Shown piece by piece: positions 1-13,866 of a stretch of DNA of 64,000 nucleotides; the first letter of the stretch is position 1, and every line of letters starts with the position of its first letter. The notes under the pieces are model-generated. The model searched no databases, was not told the DNA's origin, and worked only from the letters and a program-made list of their open reading frames with translations. This DNA is from Octopus sinensis. Taxonomy: Eukaryota. Location of the stretch: positions 18,848,001 to 18,912,000 of the forward strand of contig NC_043005.1 of assembly GCF_006345805.1 (NCBI RefSeq), in the 5' to 3' direction. The position numbers and the translations under genes were made by a program.

Positions 1-1154
1 TACTCTGCAATTATTAAAAGGAAATACTTAAAAGGAAATGCCTCTCCCCAGACACTTACAATATAGTTCTCTGTATATTATGCCTAAATAATAGACAGGG
101 TAGTCACGGTTTGAATACCTTTGGTTATAGTACTTCTTCATGAGATCTAATTCCGGAGAGAGACAACAACCACAAGCTAACGAAGGGGCCTCGGAGAGGT
201 CAATCGACATGCCAGATAAAGCAACCACATTTCTCTCGATCGCATCCTACATCTTGAAATAACAGAGGAATATGAGACAAAGAGAGTTCTAGATAAAACA
301 AGACTGGATAGAAGGACGGGATGGTCATGGTGAAAGTGTCTTCTTTGGCCATATCATTCACTTGGAGTTAGGTATCAACAATTATGCATCCGCTGTATTT
401 TGACAGTCGCTGGTATTTAGATATTGAGCCATTGACCGTTAGTTGATATGTTTGTTTGATCAGGGTAAACGGACGCTATACGACATAAGTACGCGAATTA
501 CCCCAACATAATTACATCAAGGACATTTATATGAACAACAAAAGCGACATAAAAGACAGAAGACAGGTGAATGTGCTTTATTGGGGCTGTTATGTAATTC
601 TATGTTTGTGTATGTCTGTGGGTGTATGTGTCTTAATAGTGTTCCTATATTAATCTATGTGTGACTTCCTCCATAAACGTATCTGTATCTTACTAACATT
701 TCTTATACAAATTTTGTGTGTATGTGTGTATGTATATGTCTCACGGGGCTTGTTATAGATGTTGCCGCATTCACCATCACCGCCGCATGTGTATCTTCAA
801 CCACGTTCTCTTGTTATGTGCACACAGACAATTTCTCGGATCTGTAACTATCGTGAATTTCCGCCTTCTAGCTGGAACTACTGTACAATTTCTCCTCGCA
901 GTAAACATCGTTTTGTGTTCAATCTCAATTCACAATACCTTGGAGAAATGTTTCTTTATTTTTCTTTTTTCAGTAAGAACGATTTAATGAATGTAACCAT
1001 CTTCCTGGCTCAGGAACTGGGACGGAGGCTGAGACACACCCTACCATTCTTTTCTACGCATTATGAGCGGTCTCGTACTGCAATCGTACACTCTGCCAGG
1101 ATCCTTCCAATACAGTTTTTCATGTGTGCGACAAACTTTAGTAACCCACCTTAA

Positions 1155-1262
1155 CAAAAACAAAATAATAATAATAATAGTAATAATAATGATGATAATA
1201 CTAATAACAACAACAACAATAATAATAATACCACCACCACCAACAACAACAACAACAACGAC

Positions 1263-1298
<36 letters not shown>
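1155..1298. repeat. (AAT)n/(AAC)n/(ACC)n compound trinucleotide microsatellite
   Basis: Seen directly; it explains the poly-I/poly-L ORFs here. Confidence 0.95.
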
Positions 1299-1299
<1 letters not shown>

Positions 1300-2960
1300 G
1301 AAAATTTAATAATAATTTAACTTTACTTGAAAAGAAAATTTCAAACATTACACCGAATCGCTTGTCCAATGGTTATACAGGAAGCGCGCCTGTCAGGCAG
1401 TTGCCAGCCTGATGGCGAAAAATAATCAAATGGCAGAATATCTTCCCCGAATACGAACCTGGAAGGTCACTTAAACGGGATTTGTCCCAAATTAAGCCCC
1501 CAAAGTTTACCACCACAACGACCAGAAAATCAAAAATGTAAAAGGACTAAATGGAACCGGGAAGAATATAAAGAAGTAATATATGCTTATTACTTTGCAT
1601 TAAGTAAGCCAACCCAAGAGAAACACACCGCAAACTCCTACAGAATTTGGAGGAGCCGGAATCCCGCTAGCAGACCAAACCTGGATGAAAACAGATTAGC
1701 AAATGTTAGAAGAGATATCTTCAGAAATACCAGACTCACAGATGCAGAATTAACCTCTATTAAAAAAGTGGTAGAGAATGACCTAAATATAAGTCAGGAA
1801 GGAAATAACGAAGCAGGGGAGAGGAATGTTGGACCACAAGCTTTGACTGAAAGGCGACCATCTGCCGAAACCACTCAAGAGCCTAAAGAAAATGGAAAAT
1901 ATAATGGCCCTAGAAATAACAGCCAGGAAAATGATGTCGAAACAGAATTTGAATACCCCACATATTTGCTGAACAACACAGAAAATCTATCATTAAAATG
2001 AAGCAGGAAGTTCTGAATGAGTATGCAGTTGTAGAGCATACAAATATGAATGATAGGGAACCACTCCATAAACTCTCAAATGCACACCAACATAAAAGAC
2101 AAATAAAAATTGGCAACTGCGTTACACAAGAAATCATACAACAACTAAAACCCGATCTTAATAAGCTAAATGAAATTATTTACTCTGTTGCTAAGGTAAT
2201 CGAGAGACGCTGTTTAACACCCCAAAGGCCAACATTACCAAATTCGAAAAGAAAATCAAACTAGAGGAATAGAATTGAAACCGAAATTGAATCATTGCGA
2301 AGGGAGATATCGATACTAACTGAGCTAATCTCTGGAAATAGTGTAAGATCAAGAAAAGGTAGGAAGATTGTGAGAAAATATGCATCTCAAGAAGAGAAGA
2401 ACTAATCTCAGCGAAAGAAACACTTAAACAAAAGATTGAAGCAAAAGCTCAGAGAATACGCAGATTTGAGAAAAGAATCAAATACTACAAACAAAATAAG
2501 ATGTTCAAATCCAATGCCAAATCATTTTACAGGGAAATAGGGAAAGAAAAAATAACCATTGAAAATCCACCCCTAATGGAAGAAGTTGAAAACTTTTGGA
2601 AAGAGATCTGAAATGATGAGAAACCATACAATGAAAATGCAGACTGGGTCAAACGTACCCAAAATGCCTACAAAAATCTACAAGAACAGGTATGGGAAGA
2701 CACCTCAATCGCCGACCTAAGGAGGGCACAAACGAAGGCTCATAAGTGGAAATTCCCTGGTATTCATAGAGTACCAAATTTATGGCTCTAATCTCTCTCG
2801 TCCGCACACAAAATGTTAGTAATACTATTTAATTGTATTATGAAAGACCCGGAAAAAACTCCCCATTGGATGGCAAATAGTATTACTTACCTCCTCCCCA
2901 AAAATAAATAAACTAAAGACCAAAAAGACTACCGGCCTATAACATGTTGTTTGTCTACTA

Positions 2961-3012
2961 TTTTTTTTCTCTCTAGTTTCAGCTCAGAGCTGCGGCCTTG
3001 CTCATGCACCGC
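2961..3012 (-). mobile_element. Severely 5'-truncated SINE (family B 3' tail) inserted in the R4/Dong RT
   Basis: The minus strand reads ggcggtgcatgagcaaggccgcagctctgagctgaaactagagagaaaaaaaa, matching the family B tail (ggcggtgctccagcatggccgcag...tgaaacaag). It interrupts CLST|MYKILTS and is flanked by a short cta(t) duplication. Confidence 0.7.
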
Positions 3013-3693
3013 CTATGTATAAGATTTTGACATCTATTCAAGTGGAGAAAACATATACGTTTATGGAAGAGAATAACCTCTTTCCCAATGAACAAAAGGA
3101 TGCAGACGACGCTCATACGGATGCAAAGATCAGCTCCAAATTAATCGCATGATCCTTGAGAACTGCCATAACAAGCGCAGAAATCTCAGCCCTTCATGGA
3201 TTGATTACAAAAATGCCTATGTTAGCATAAATTTCTCCTGTGATTTCAGAGTTTTTAAAGTATAATATGTCACTATGGAACACGATGCTCCAATTATATC
3301 ATCCTAATGGAGTATTGCGCTCAAACAACATTAGCATAAACTGTGGCATTTTCCAAGGTGACTCACTTTCACCACTAATTTTCTGTATACCACTCTCAAG
3401 TGAACTGAATAGAACAGGATATGGCTACAAAATTGACAACAGGAAAATAAGCCATCTATTTTATATAGATGATTTAAAACTATATGGCAAAGATGATGAA
3501 GAGCTTGAAGGACTACTACATACTGTGAAAGAATTCAGTGATGATATCGGGATGGAGTTTGGCCTTGAAAAGTGTGCCAAAGCCACTTTTAAGAAAGGGA
3601 AATTGGTTAAGTCAAGTTCAATCGAATTAGATGTCAAAACAGTAATAAAGGAACTTGAGCAGGAGCAAACCTATAAATACCTAGGAATAAATG

Positions 3694-3720
3694 TATTTCT
3701 TTACTACCCACAAGGGGCTA
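3694..3720 (-). mobile_element. 27-bp SINE family A tail insertion with a 15-bp target-site duplication
   Basis: The insert tatttctttactacccacaaggggcta matches the SINE tail near 38226. It is flanked by acctaggaataaatg at 3679-3693 and 3721-3735. Confidence 0.8.
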
Positions 3721-4127
3721 ACCTAGGAATAAATGATGGCTCTGGTATCCAGCATGCAAGCATGAAAGAGAAGGTTAGGAAGGAAAGTTATAGAAGAGTT
3801 CGAGCAATCCTGAAATCTGAACTGAATGCATAAAAAAAGGTGTTAGCCATAAATTCCTTAGCAATCCCAGTTGTTCTTTATAGCTTCAATGTGCTTAACT
3901 GGAATACCAGTGAAATAATGAAAATTGACAGAAAAATTCGAAAGCTACTGACTTGTAATAAGATGCAGCATCCAAAGGCAGACGCGGATCGTCTTTACCT
4001 TCCCAGAGCTCAGAGAGGTCGAAGTTTGATCCAGCTTGAACTTACATACAAAACCACTACAATCGGACTGGCCGAATACCTTGAAGATATCCAACGACTA
4101 GATGCTAAAACTTGTTGAAAAACATAA

Positions 4128-4480
4128 ATGACGGAAGCTGAAAGAAGTAGACGGAAACTGAAAGAAGCCCGTCGTATATATGTAGGCATATATGTGTGTG
4201 TGTGTGTGTGTGTATTATGTATGTATTCTATATGTGTGTGTGTGTATGTATCTATGTGTTTGTGTATATGTTTGTGTGTCTATGTTTGTCCCCTAACATC
4301 GCTTGACAACCGGTGCTGGTTTGTTTACGTCCCCGTAACTTAGCGCTTCGGCAAAAGAGACCGACAGAATAAGTCCTAGGCTTACAAAGAATAAGTCCTG
4401 GGGTCGATTAAAGGCGGTGCTCCAGCGTGGCCGCAGTCAAATGATTGAAACAAGTAAAAGAGTAAAAAGAGTAAAAAGAG
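4128..4480 (+). mobile_element. SINE family B (long, internal microsatellite), 5'-truncated
   Basis: gacggaaactgaaagaagcccgtcg...(TA/TG)n...cggcaaaagagaccg...ggcggtgctccagcgtggccgcagtcaaatga...(gtaaaaga)n, matching the full copies at 32540 and 52423. Confidence 0.9.
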
Positions 4481-4616
4481 TACACACAGGTATATATGCA
4501 AAGAAATACGTAACAACATTATTGGGATACAGACTAACAGATGTATCTATACATATACACACGTAGAATTACACTACAAAGCTAGTAAAGATATATACAA
4601 ACAGATTTATATAATA

Positions 4617-4827
4617 ATCCTTTCTGCTTTAGACACAAAACCCGAAATTTTGTGAGAACGGTATAAGCGATTATATCAACCTCAGTGCGTAACTCGAACT
4701 TAATTTATCACCCCTGAAAGGATGAAAGGCAAAGTCGACCTCAGTGTAATTTGAACTCAGAAAGTAAAGACGGACGAAATGCCGCCAAGCAAATGCCCAG
4801 CATGCTAACGTTCCTGCCAGCTCGCCA
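4617..4827 (-). mobile_element. SINE family A (ggcgagctggcagaatcgttagc head)
   Basis: Reverse complement of the family consensus, including aaaggcaaagtcgacctc...tgctaacg...ctgccagctcgcc. Confidence 0.85.
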
Positions 4828-5049
4828 CTTTACAGATTTATATAATAATAATAATAGATATTTTAATTTACAGACTCATTCATAGACATACGACCATACA
4901 CATACTGATATATACTCAGCCACCTGGACATAAAGACGCTTATATATCTACATACCTGTAAACCACTAGAAGCCTAGAAATACACGTTAAACATATATAC
5001 ACACAGACGCATACATTTCCATAACAACGGCAATATTTGCTCAGACTAA

Positions 5050-5885
5050 CACATACAGAGACTCACACATGCGCACACATACGCATTCACACAGACTCAT
5101 GCAAACACACACATACGAAGACATTAATATTGATATAGATACACAAAGTACTATGAACAAGAAGCCTAGTAATACACTTACACAATCACATACGTACACA
5201 CACACACATACATACAAATATACATACATGCATGCATGCACATATACACACACACAGACAGACATGCATAGATACATACATACATGCATACGCACACATG
5301 CATACACACACATGCATACATACATACATAACATACGCATGCATACCTACAGATACATACATGCACACACAGATACACATACATACACATATACACACAT
5401 ACATACACATGCATACACATATACACATACGCTCATACATCCACTCACATACATGCATATACATACACACAGACACACGCATACACACATACGCGCATAC
5501 ACACCTACATACTCACACATGCATGCAAACATACATACATAACACATACATGCATACATACACATACATACATACATGCATACAGACATGCGCACTTACA
5601 TACACATCCGTATATATACATACATATACACTCATGCATCCATAAATAACTCATACATGCATACATGCACATACATTCACACACAGTCACATACGCACAT
5701 ACATACACACCCGTATACATACATACATACATACACACACATAAATACATAAATACATACATACATGCATGCATACATACATACATACATACATACATAC
5801 ATGCATGCATGCATGCATGCATACATACATACATACATGCATGCATACATACAAACAAACAAACATACATACACACACACATACA
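5050..5885. repeat. Degenerate (CA)n/(CATA)n/(CATG)n microsatellite field
   Basis: Seen directly; source of the HT/MYVC-rich pseudo-ORFs. Confidence 0.95.
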
Positions 5886-6281
5886 TGGAATGGAATGGAA
5901 GCACTCCGTCGGTTACGACGACGAGGGTTCCGGTTGATCCGAATCAACGGAACAGCCTGCTCGTGAAATTAACGTGTAAGTGGCTGAGCACTCCACAGAC
6001 ACGTGCACCCTTAACGTAGTTCTCGGAGATATTCAGTGTGACACAGAGAGTGACAAGGCCGGCCCTTTGAAATACAGGTACAACAGAAACAGGAAGTAAG
6101 AGCGAGAGAAAGTTGTGGTGAAAGAGTACAGCAGGGATCACCACCATCCCCTGCCGGAGCCTCGTGGAGCTTTTAGGTGTTTTCGCTCAATAAACACGCA
6201 CAACGCCCGGTCTGGGAATCGAAACCGTGATCCTACGACCGCGAGTCCGCTGCCCTAACCACTGGGCCATTGCGCCTCCAC
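5886..6281 (-). mobile_element. tRNA(Arg)-like SINE family C (~390 bp) with a (TTCCA)n tail
   Basis: Reverse complement of the copies at 10200, 13327 and 33817. The head has A-box (tggcccagtgg) and B-box-like (ggtttcgattcc) motifs. Confidence 0.92.
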
Positions 6282-6362
6282 ATACATACATACATACATA
6301 CATACATACATGCATACAAACAAACAAACAAACATACATACATACATACATACATACATACA

Positions 6363-6395
<33 letters not shown>

Positions 6396-7079
6396 TCATA
6401 CATATACAAAAATGCGAGCACAAAGAAATATATACACATGTATACTCACGCTTACACAGCAACACTTAACCCACACAACCACATATCAACACATATTCAC
6501 ATAGTCAACATCTCTATAAACACACTTCAAACAGTTAAACACATAAACGTATATAACGTTTCTTCTGAGACCCATTCAAATGCATAGACGCCCATACTGG
6601 AGCAACAGCATTCCTACTAACAACCATTAATACAATGGCACACAACACTAGACTTATATAACAAGATCGTTTGTACTAGCCGTTTCTAGGCAGGTATTCG
6701 TACACAGTTAAAGGCTTATATAACAAGAAATCTTGTCATTCCCATTATCATATCAACACACAGCACACACGAACACACGATCAGACACGCATGTGTGTAA
6801 ATATGTTGGCATGTATGGCTAAGGTAGAGACTCTAGCAGTCCACATTAGCATGCAGCTATATAAACCCAACTATCACACACACACACACCACACACACAC
6901 ACACACACACATGCACACACACACATGCACACATACAAACATACAAATACATGTGCATATGCAAATACATACATACATGCATACACGTGTGTATATCATT
7001 TGTTAACATTGCATTTATATAACAGCAAAGCTAGCAACCAACGTTTTGCGCACAGGCGTGCTACATAGCAACATGGTTA

Positions 7080-7136
<57 letters not shown>

Positions 7137-7730
7137 CACACACATACATATATTTGTATGTAAGCACACATGCTCACGCATAGCCATGCGCAGAGAATCA
7201 CTTCGGTACGCACACACACATACTTGCACATTGATTGACACACGTATAAGCTCTCATATATATATATATATATATATGCACACAAACACACACACACACA
7301 CACAAATGTATATATATATATATATACACGCGCACAGTACGTTTAACAAAATATATACCTGCAAACACACCGACGCTCTCATACATTCACTGACGCACGC
7401 ACACACTCACATACATACACACACACTCCCACATATGTATATATAAGCAAATATATATATTTCGATATCCATAGATTTATACATACACACAGGCTCACAG
7501 ACTCGTCCGCACACACGAAAACACACTCAAACGCATGCACACGCACGCCCTCATCATATGAATATATATAGTTATAAATTCATAGACATGCAAGAAATAA
7601 ATAGATACCTTTAAATTTCGAAATTTCTGATCTAAGCGTCTTAATATGTTTTCAGCGGTGTAGAATTTACAATGTAATTATTCCTTTTCATTCCAGGTGC
7701 CATTATATTAAACATTTGCAAAGAGTAACC

Positions 7731-8491
7731 ATGCGACGCACAAAAAATTCAGCAGAACTATGAGATTTTCAAAGAGGTCGTATTTTGGGGTAATCTGAGG
7801 CTGGTCTTATCCAGCGAAAAATTCCTCTTGCTACTGTTAATAGAATTATAGTTCAATTCAAAAGCCAAGGAAAAGAATCAACAGATTTTCGTCTCGGCCC
7901 TCGGGAAAGAAACTTGATGTTTGAAGAGGATTGTGGAAAACGAACCCAGTTCGAAGGCTTCTGACATTGCAAAACAGCTAAAAGTTAGTCCAAGAACGTG
8001 TGCTACATATCTGCATAAGCTTGGGTATAATGGACGAGCAGCTGGAAGAAAACATCTCCTTCAACCAATTAATATCATGAAAAGAAAGAAATCGAATTCA
8101 TTTTGGGATAGAGTGATTTTCTCAGATAAATCCAGATTGGCATTATTTTCAGACAGTGGACATGTTTAGGTCTGGAGGCTTCCCAATCAAGGATTTGATT
8201 TGAAACGACCCCAACCATCTGTGAAACATGGCGGTATCTCCGTAATGGTATGGGGAGCTGTCACCAGAAATGGTCGTTCTGAGCTGATCGAATGTATTGG
8301 AACCATTAACTCTGAAAAATATATCGAAATACTTATGCAAGGACTACTTCCGATGTATTCGCACGATAACATAACAAAAAATGAGTTTTTATTCATGGAA
8401 GATAGGACTCCATGCAACACAGTGAAAAGGAATCAAAAATGGCTGATTGAAGATAGGATCAAAAAGCTCTCTTGGCCGAGCCAATCTCTTG
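7731..8491 (+). mobile_element. Tc1-like transposase pseudogene, truncated before the catalytic E
   Basis: HTH-like N-terminus with stops, then WDRVIFSDKS (first D), VKHGGISVMVWGAV, FLFMEDRTPC (second D region) and LSWPSQSLD, which is cut by a (TG)-rich repeat. Confidence 0.88.
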
Positions 8492-10199
8492 ACGTGTGCG
8501 TGTATGCGTGTGCAAGTGTATAAGTATGCACGTGTATACGCTATATGTAAAGGGATCAAAGAGATGTAAGCTATGTGTAGCCGAAAAATGGCACATACTT
8601 TTAAATCCATGAATTCCACCACACCACTTAAATCTAGATTAGAAATTCTTAGCAAATGCAAGCACAAGGACAAATTTCTTTTGTCGAAATGAAAAAGTTA
8701 CGTATGTTGAATATTTACCTCTCACTGGATAGAGTACATTATTACGGTGACACTACCCTTAATAATACAGCATGCTATGTGTGTGTGTGTGTCTGTGCGT
8801 GCGTGTGTTTGTGTGTGCGTGTGTGTCTGTGCGTGCGTGTGTTTGTGTGTGCGTGTGTGTATTTGTTGTGTGTGTGTGTGTGTGTTTGCGTGTGCCTATA
8901 TGTATTTGCAAAAATTATTGGTTCTGCTTCTTGTAAATTACAATTAAACTGAAAAATGTATTATCGCAATATTATTAGGTACAGCGTATCAGCAATCCTT
9001 CAATGCTGAGCTGTTCTGAAAGCGCAAGACAATTGCTTAGCAGTTGTGTGAATGGCGTGATGAAAGCTGTAGCAAACTACTGCCTGTTGAGAGTTCATGG
9101 AGTCCCAGCTAATATCTGGACATCAAATGTCAGTCAGTGCACGAAAACATTATCCCGTAAAGGAAACTAGCAGATTCATTACGAAAGCCATTGCCCTGAT
9201 ATCCCCAACCTGTGGGGCGGTGGTGGTGGGGCGCATGCAGTGCATACATTGATATCATTCTGTAGGCTTGTGTATATAATAATGTAAGGGAGAGAAATTG
9301 CATTTCCTCTCTCCCCTCTGTTTTCCTTCTTGTATTTCCCTTTTCAGAATATGTTCAGAATAAAAATGGGCTAATTAAAATGTTTCTGTATCTGTATGCA
9401 GCTGAATATGAAATCATATAACTGTTTGAGTATAATTGCATAGCTATGTAGCTGATACAATACCGAGTTTGTATACTTTCACTCAGAACGTATAATTCAA
9501 ACTAATCTTAATTCTATAAATTTATATCTTAAATTTATAAATTTATATATTAAATCTATAATTTAAACTACACTCGCTCGGACAACAACATCATATGCCT
9601 GCTCAATAATAGATACATCCATCATAACTTTGTCGAGTACTGTGATGTTACTGCTTCGTTAAAGTGATCTAATACATACAAACGAAACACGTCAGAAATT
9701 ACCTCCTCAACATACCGAAATTATTAAACTAATATGTACTGATTGAGTTAATGTTCTCTTCTTATGATCTCATTAATATTTTTAATTAGATTCTTGAAGC
9801 TCTCCATTAAATATATTTACTCCTCTTTACTGATCATTTATCAATAATTTCATATTTGAAGACGAAGAATAATTATTTCTATAATAATTTCCTGCTGGAT
9901 CTTAAATGATACTTAATCCAATTTATCGACATCATCGACCACCCTATTACTTCTTTCTTATCATTTATTGTTCTCCGGCTATACTGCATTACGACCTCTA
10001 ATAATAATAATATCGATCTCGCTATTAGGGATGGTGCTTATTTTAAATACCTCCTCTGTTACTAAGTTCACCAGATTTATGCCTTTTAATAGAATCACTT
10101 CTCTTTTGCGAAACTTCAATATCACAAAACATTTACACCGACTTGCGCCGGGATACATACTCACGAATACGCACACATATAATACATATATACCAAACT

Positions 10200-10585
10200 A
10201 GTGGAGGCGCAATGGCCCAGTGGTTAGGGTAACGGACTCGCGGTCGTAGGATCGCGGTTTCGATTCCCAGACCGGGCGTTGTGAGTGTTTATTGAGCAAA
10301 AACACCTAAAGCTCCACGGGGCTCCGGCAGGGGATGGTGGTGATCCCTGCTGTACTCTTTCACCACAACTTTCTCTCACTCTTACTTCCTGTTTCTGTTG
10401 TACCTGTATTTCAAATGGCCGGTCTTGTCACTCTCTGTGTCACGCTGAATATCCCCGAGAACTACGTTAAGGGTACACGTGTATGTGGAGTGCTCAGCCA
10501 CTTACACTTTAATTTCACGAGCAGGCTGTTCCGTTGATTCGGATCAACCGGAACCCTCATCGTCGTAACCGACGGAGTGCTTCCC
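10200..10585 (+). mobile_element. SINE family C, full length, 12-bp TSD
   Basis: tRNA-like head; TSD atataccaaact at 10188-10199 and 10586-10597. Confidence 0.95.
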
Positions 10586-10660
10586 ATATACCAAACTCTC
10601 GCTTTCCCGCTCTCCTCCCCTCTCTCTCTTCCTCTCTGTTTTTGTATGTGTGTGTGTGAG

Positions 10661-10709
<49 letters not shown>

Positions 10710-11169
10710 CATTATAATAGAAAGATTCTAATTTCTATTACTCTGAGTTATTCGTTTCCAATCAACAGGAAGTAAACCAAGCCTGCTTTGTTTTTAAGTC
10801 GACTGTGTCAATATTTCTTGAAATATGAAATGGAAATTTAAAGAAAACGCTTATCATTATGTTATTCTGTTTAAAAGCTTTTGTGAAGGACACAAAATAA
10901 CGTTTTAAGTAATACTTATAATTATAAAGTTTTTAATAAGAATGTGTGCTGAAATAGATTTACATTTTGCAAGCGCAAGTGCAGACGCATACATATAATA
11001 TATGTACACTCATATAAACACAAATATACTCAAAATTATGTATCCATATATACATATGCATAAATGAAAAGGCACATATGCACACATAGACTCGCACCCT
11101 TACATATGAAAACATATATCAATAAAACCTATTAATTAAACATTTCGAAACCAACGTTTTAATTTTGAC

Positions 11170-11730
11170 CTAGAATAGAATTTGAGGAGGTTTGTATTTA
11201 CATAAAAGATATGTCGCCACGTGTGTACGTGGCATTAACGGATCAGTTCTTTTCTTGAAACTATTACTGCTTTGAGTCCAATTTTTTAACTTTTCGTTGA
11301 AACAAAGGTCGTACCGCAGGTTTAATTTGAATCTCACGTTCCAATGCGGTTGCGAACTATTTACATTAGACCAGGTAATTTTGAATTCGTGAGGACTTTT
11401 CTCGCTCAAGAACCATTTAAACTTCGATTAAGCCGGAGCATATTTTCTTTTGAGGCTGACAAATGCATGTTTGTGCTTGTAATAACGGTTTCTAAATGTG
11501 AGTTCCGTTGCCCCAAAAGTTTTATATTTATCACTTCTGTTTGATTCAACCTTGGCGCTGTATACTTTCGACTTTGCCAGACAGTTAACATCTAGTAGAC
11601 AGTTCTCATGATTTCTACTGTTGCATGGTTTTTGTTGGCAAGCTGTTTGCATCCCTCTTCTAGCAGCTTCGCAGCATTATAAAATCTGATAACGCCTGAA
11701 GTTCTTGCAAGCTGAATTCGTTGTGGCTCA
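11170..11730 (-). mobile_element. Penelope-like element fragment, C-terminal GIY-YIG endonuclease
   Basis: The minus strand translates to PCNSRNHENCLLDVNCLAKSKVYSAKV...TFGATELTFRNRYYKHKHAF...FKITW...DLCFNEK. This matches the CNCR-C-C / VY / G-TE--FK-R--H / W / C-LC--EK pattern of PLE GIY-YIG domains. Confidence 0.75.
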
Positions 11731-12129
11731 TTACAAAAAAAAACGTGGATTTCGAAATGTTTAATTAATAGGTTTCATTAATATATGTTTTAATTAGTAA
11801 AAGTGCATGTCTATACCTGTGTATGTATATATATGTATATGTGTATATGTATTTGTGAATATATAATTCTATCTATATATGTATGTGTATGAGTTTACAA
11901 GTGTATATTTATATGTCTGCACGGGCGTATAGAAAGTGAAAACCTGCATACACTCCTACTGTTTTTAAAATCATTATGTAAAAGCATTATTTTGGAATAA
12001 TGCCTAAACACCAATGCAATTTCCTAACGTCGTTGATGAGGTTTAAAATAATATTACGGTGGATATTCAAAAGAAAACCAGCTGAGGACAGGAAACAAGT
12101 AACTCTTCGGTTTGGAAATAGAAGCCTTA

Positions 12130-12292
12130 GGCGCAGGAGCGTCTGTGTGGTAAGTAGCATGCTTACGAACCACATGGTTATGGGTTCTTTCACGCTGCGT
12201 GGCAACTTGGGCAAGAGTCTTCTGCAATAGCCTCGGGCCGACCAAAGACTTGTGAGTGAATTTCGTAGACGGAAACGGGAAGTGGCCCATCG

Positions 12293-12340
<48 letters not shown>

Positions 12341-12540
12341 TGTGTCCGTGTTTGTTCCCCAACATCGCATGACAACCGATGCTGGTGTGTTTACGTCCCC
12401 GTAACCTAGCGGTTCGGCAAAGGAAACTGATAAAATAAGTACTCGGCTTCTACAGAATAAGTCGATTTGCTCGACTAAAGGTTGTGCTCCAGCATGGCCG
12501 AGTCAAATGACTGAAACAAGTGAAAAGATAAAGAAGATAA
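12130..12540 (+). mobile_element. SINE family B, full length
   Basis: ggcgcaggag...gtggtaag head, CORE-like ttgggcaag segment, internal (TA)(TG)n and the family tail. Confidence 0.9.
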
Positions 12541-12617
12541 ACAGTGTCTCATTTTTATTTGAGTTCTGTAATTTATTACTCCTTGCGAATCGACGTAGCT
12601 TTCTATCTTTCTTTCTT

Positions 12618-12664
<47 letters not shown>

Positions 12665-12665
12665 T

Positions 12666-12707
<42 letters not shown>

Positions 12708-13326
12708 CGTGTGTGTATACATAGGGAGCGCATTAGATAGATAGATGATAGACAGATAGATGTGTATGTATATATGTATGTACACATATATATATACATA
12801 TGTATACAAATATCTATAATATACGCACAATCGTTTATATACATGTACATGCTTATATATATATATACATACATACATACATATATGTGTGTGCATACAT
12901 GTATGTGTGTATCTATAACGTAATGTTTATGTTATAAATAGAGGCTTAAAGAGAAGCAATGTTATCTCTTGGGGTGAGATTTAAATTTAAAATATCGTAG
13001 ACAACATTAAAACAAGTTTTGTCATCGGCTTCATTTTATCATTTCAACAAACTCAACTGCGTTATTGAATTAATAACTTTTCCAACAATGATTATCGTTC
13101 GTTAACGATTGTACTGATCTGCTTGCTAATCTTCTGGAACTGCAATGGCTGCCGTCGCACATAATAGAAAACTGTAAGATTCTGTTAACTCCCGCTGTCC
13201 AAAATATCATTGTTGGTATTGATATTGCTGTTGATGTTATTGGTGAAGTTATTACTGTTGCTGAAGCTGTTTTTATATTCAACAGTCTAGGCACTCTATG
13301 TCGTGTCATAAATATGCCGGCCTACT

Positions 13327-13711
13327 AGTGGAGGTGCAATGGCCCAGTGGTTAGGGTAGCGAACTCGCGGTCATAGGATCGCGGTTTCGATTCCCAGACC
13401 GGGCGTTGTGAGTGTTTATCGAGCGAAAACACCTAAAGCTCCACGAGGCTCCGGCAGGGGATGGTGGTGATTCCTGCTGTACTCTTTCACCACATCTTTC
13501 TCTCACTCTTACTTCCTGTTTCTGTTGTACCTGTATTTCAAATGGCCGGCCTTGTCACTCTCTGTGTCACGCTGAATATCCCCGAGAACTACGTTAAGGA
13601 TACACGTGTCTGTGGAGTGCTCAGCCACTTACACGATAATTTCACGAGCAGGCTGTTCCGTTGATTCGGAGCAACCGGAACCCTCGTCGTCGTAACTGAC
13701 GGAGTGCTTCC
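13327..13711 (+). mobile_element. SINE family C, full length, 13-bp TSD
   Basis: TSD atgccggcctact at 13314-13326 and 13712-13724. Confidence 0.95.
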
Positions 13712-13866
13712 ATGCCGGCCTACTAATTAACTTACCTACCAACCAGCCAATCAAACTACCCACAAGGCAAACAAGCATCCAGTTTAACGTCTAAATAATT
13801 CTATCGACCAACACCATCAATACTACACGTAAATATCAGACATAATATGAAAGATAATCCTAAGGA

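Larger units (their letters stand above)
1300..4127 (+). mobile_element. R4/Dong-like RLE non-LTR retrotransposon, degenerate; 5' region and RT present, 3' end lost
   Basis: Translates to KRTKWNREEYKEVIYAYYF (Dong/R4-type N-terminus), [75 protein letters not shown] and RLYLPRAQRGRSL. It has several stops and frameshifts and follows an (AAT)n array. Confidence 0.9.

Noticed and set aside
1388-1425. GC-rich hairpin followed by CGAA in the Dong-like 5' region, suggestive of an HDV-like ribozyme P4-J4/2
   Set aside because: I could not assign P1, P1.1, P2 and P3 in the required order; only one stem is supported.
5041-7446. Many 60-160 aa ORFs rich in HT/YI/CV/MY (also at 21-22k, 47k, 51-52k, 53k and 62k)
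   Set aside because: They are translations of di- and tetranucleotide microsatellites, not genes.
7635-7662. TIR-like sequence ending in TA upstream of the Tc1 ORF
   Set aside because: It is oriented as a right-hand end and no partner repeat was found, so the element boundaries could not be set.
8986-9170. ~60-codon open frame (RISNPSMLSC...) with a possible gtcagt donor
   Set aside because: Weak acceptor, no recognisable domain, and a length expected by chance.
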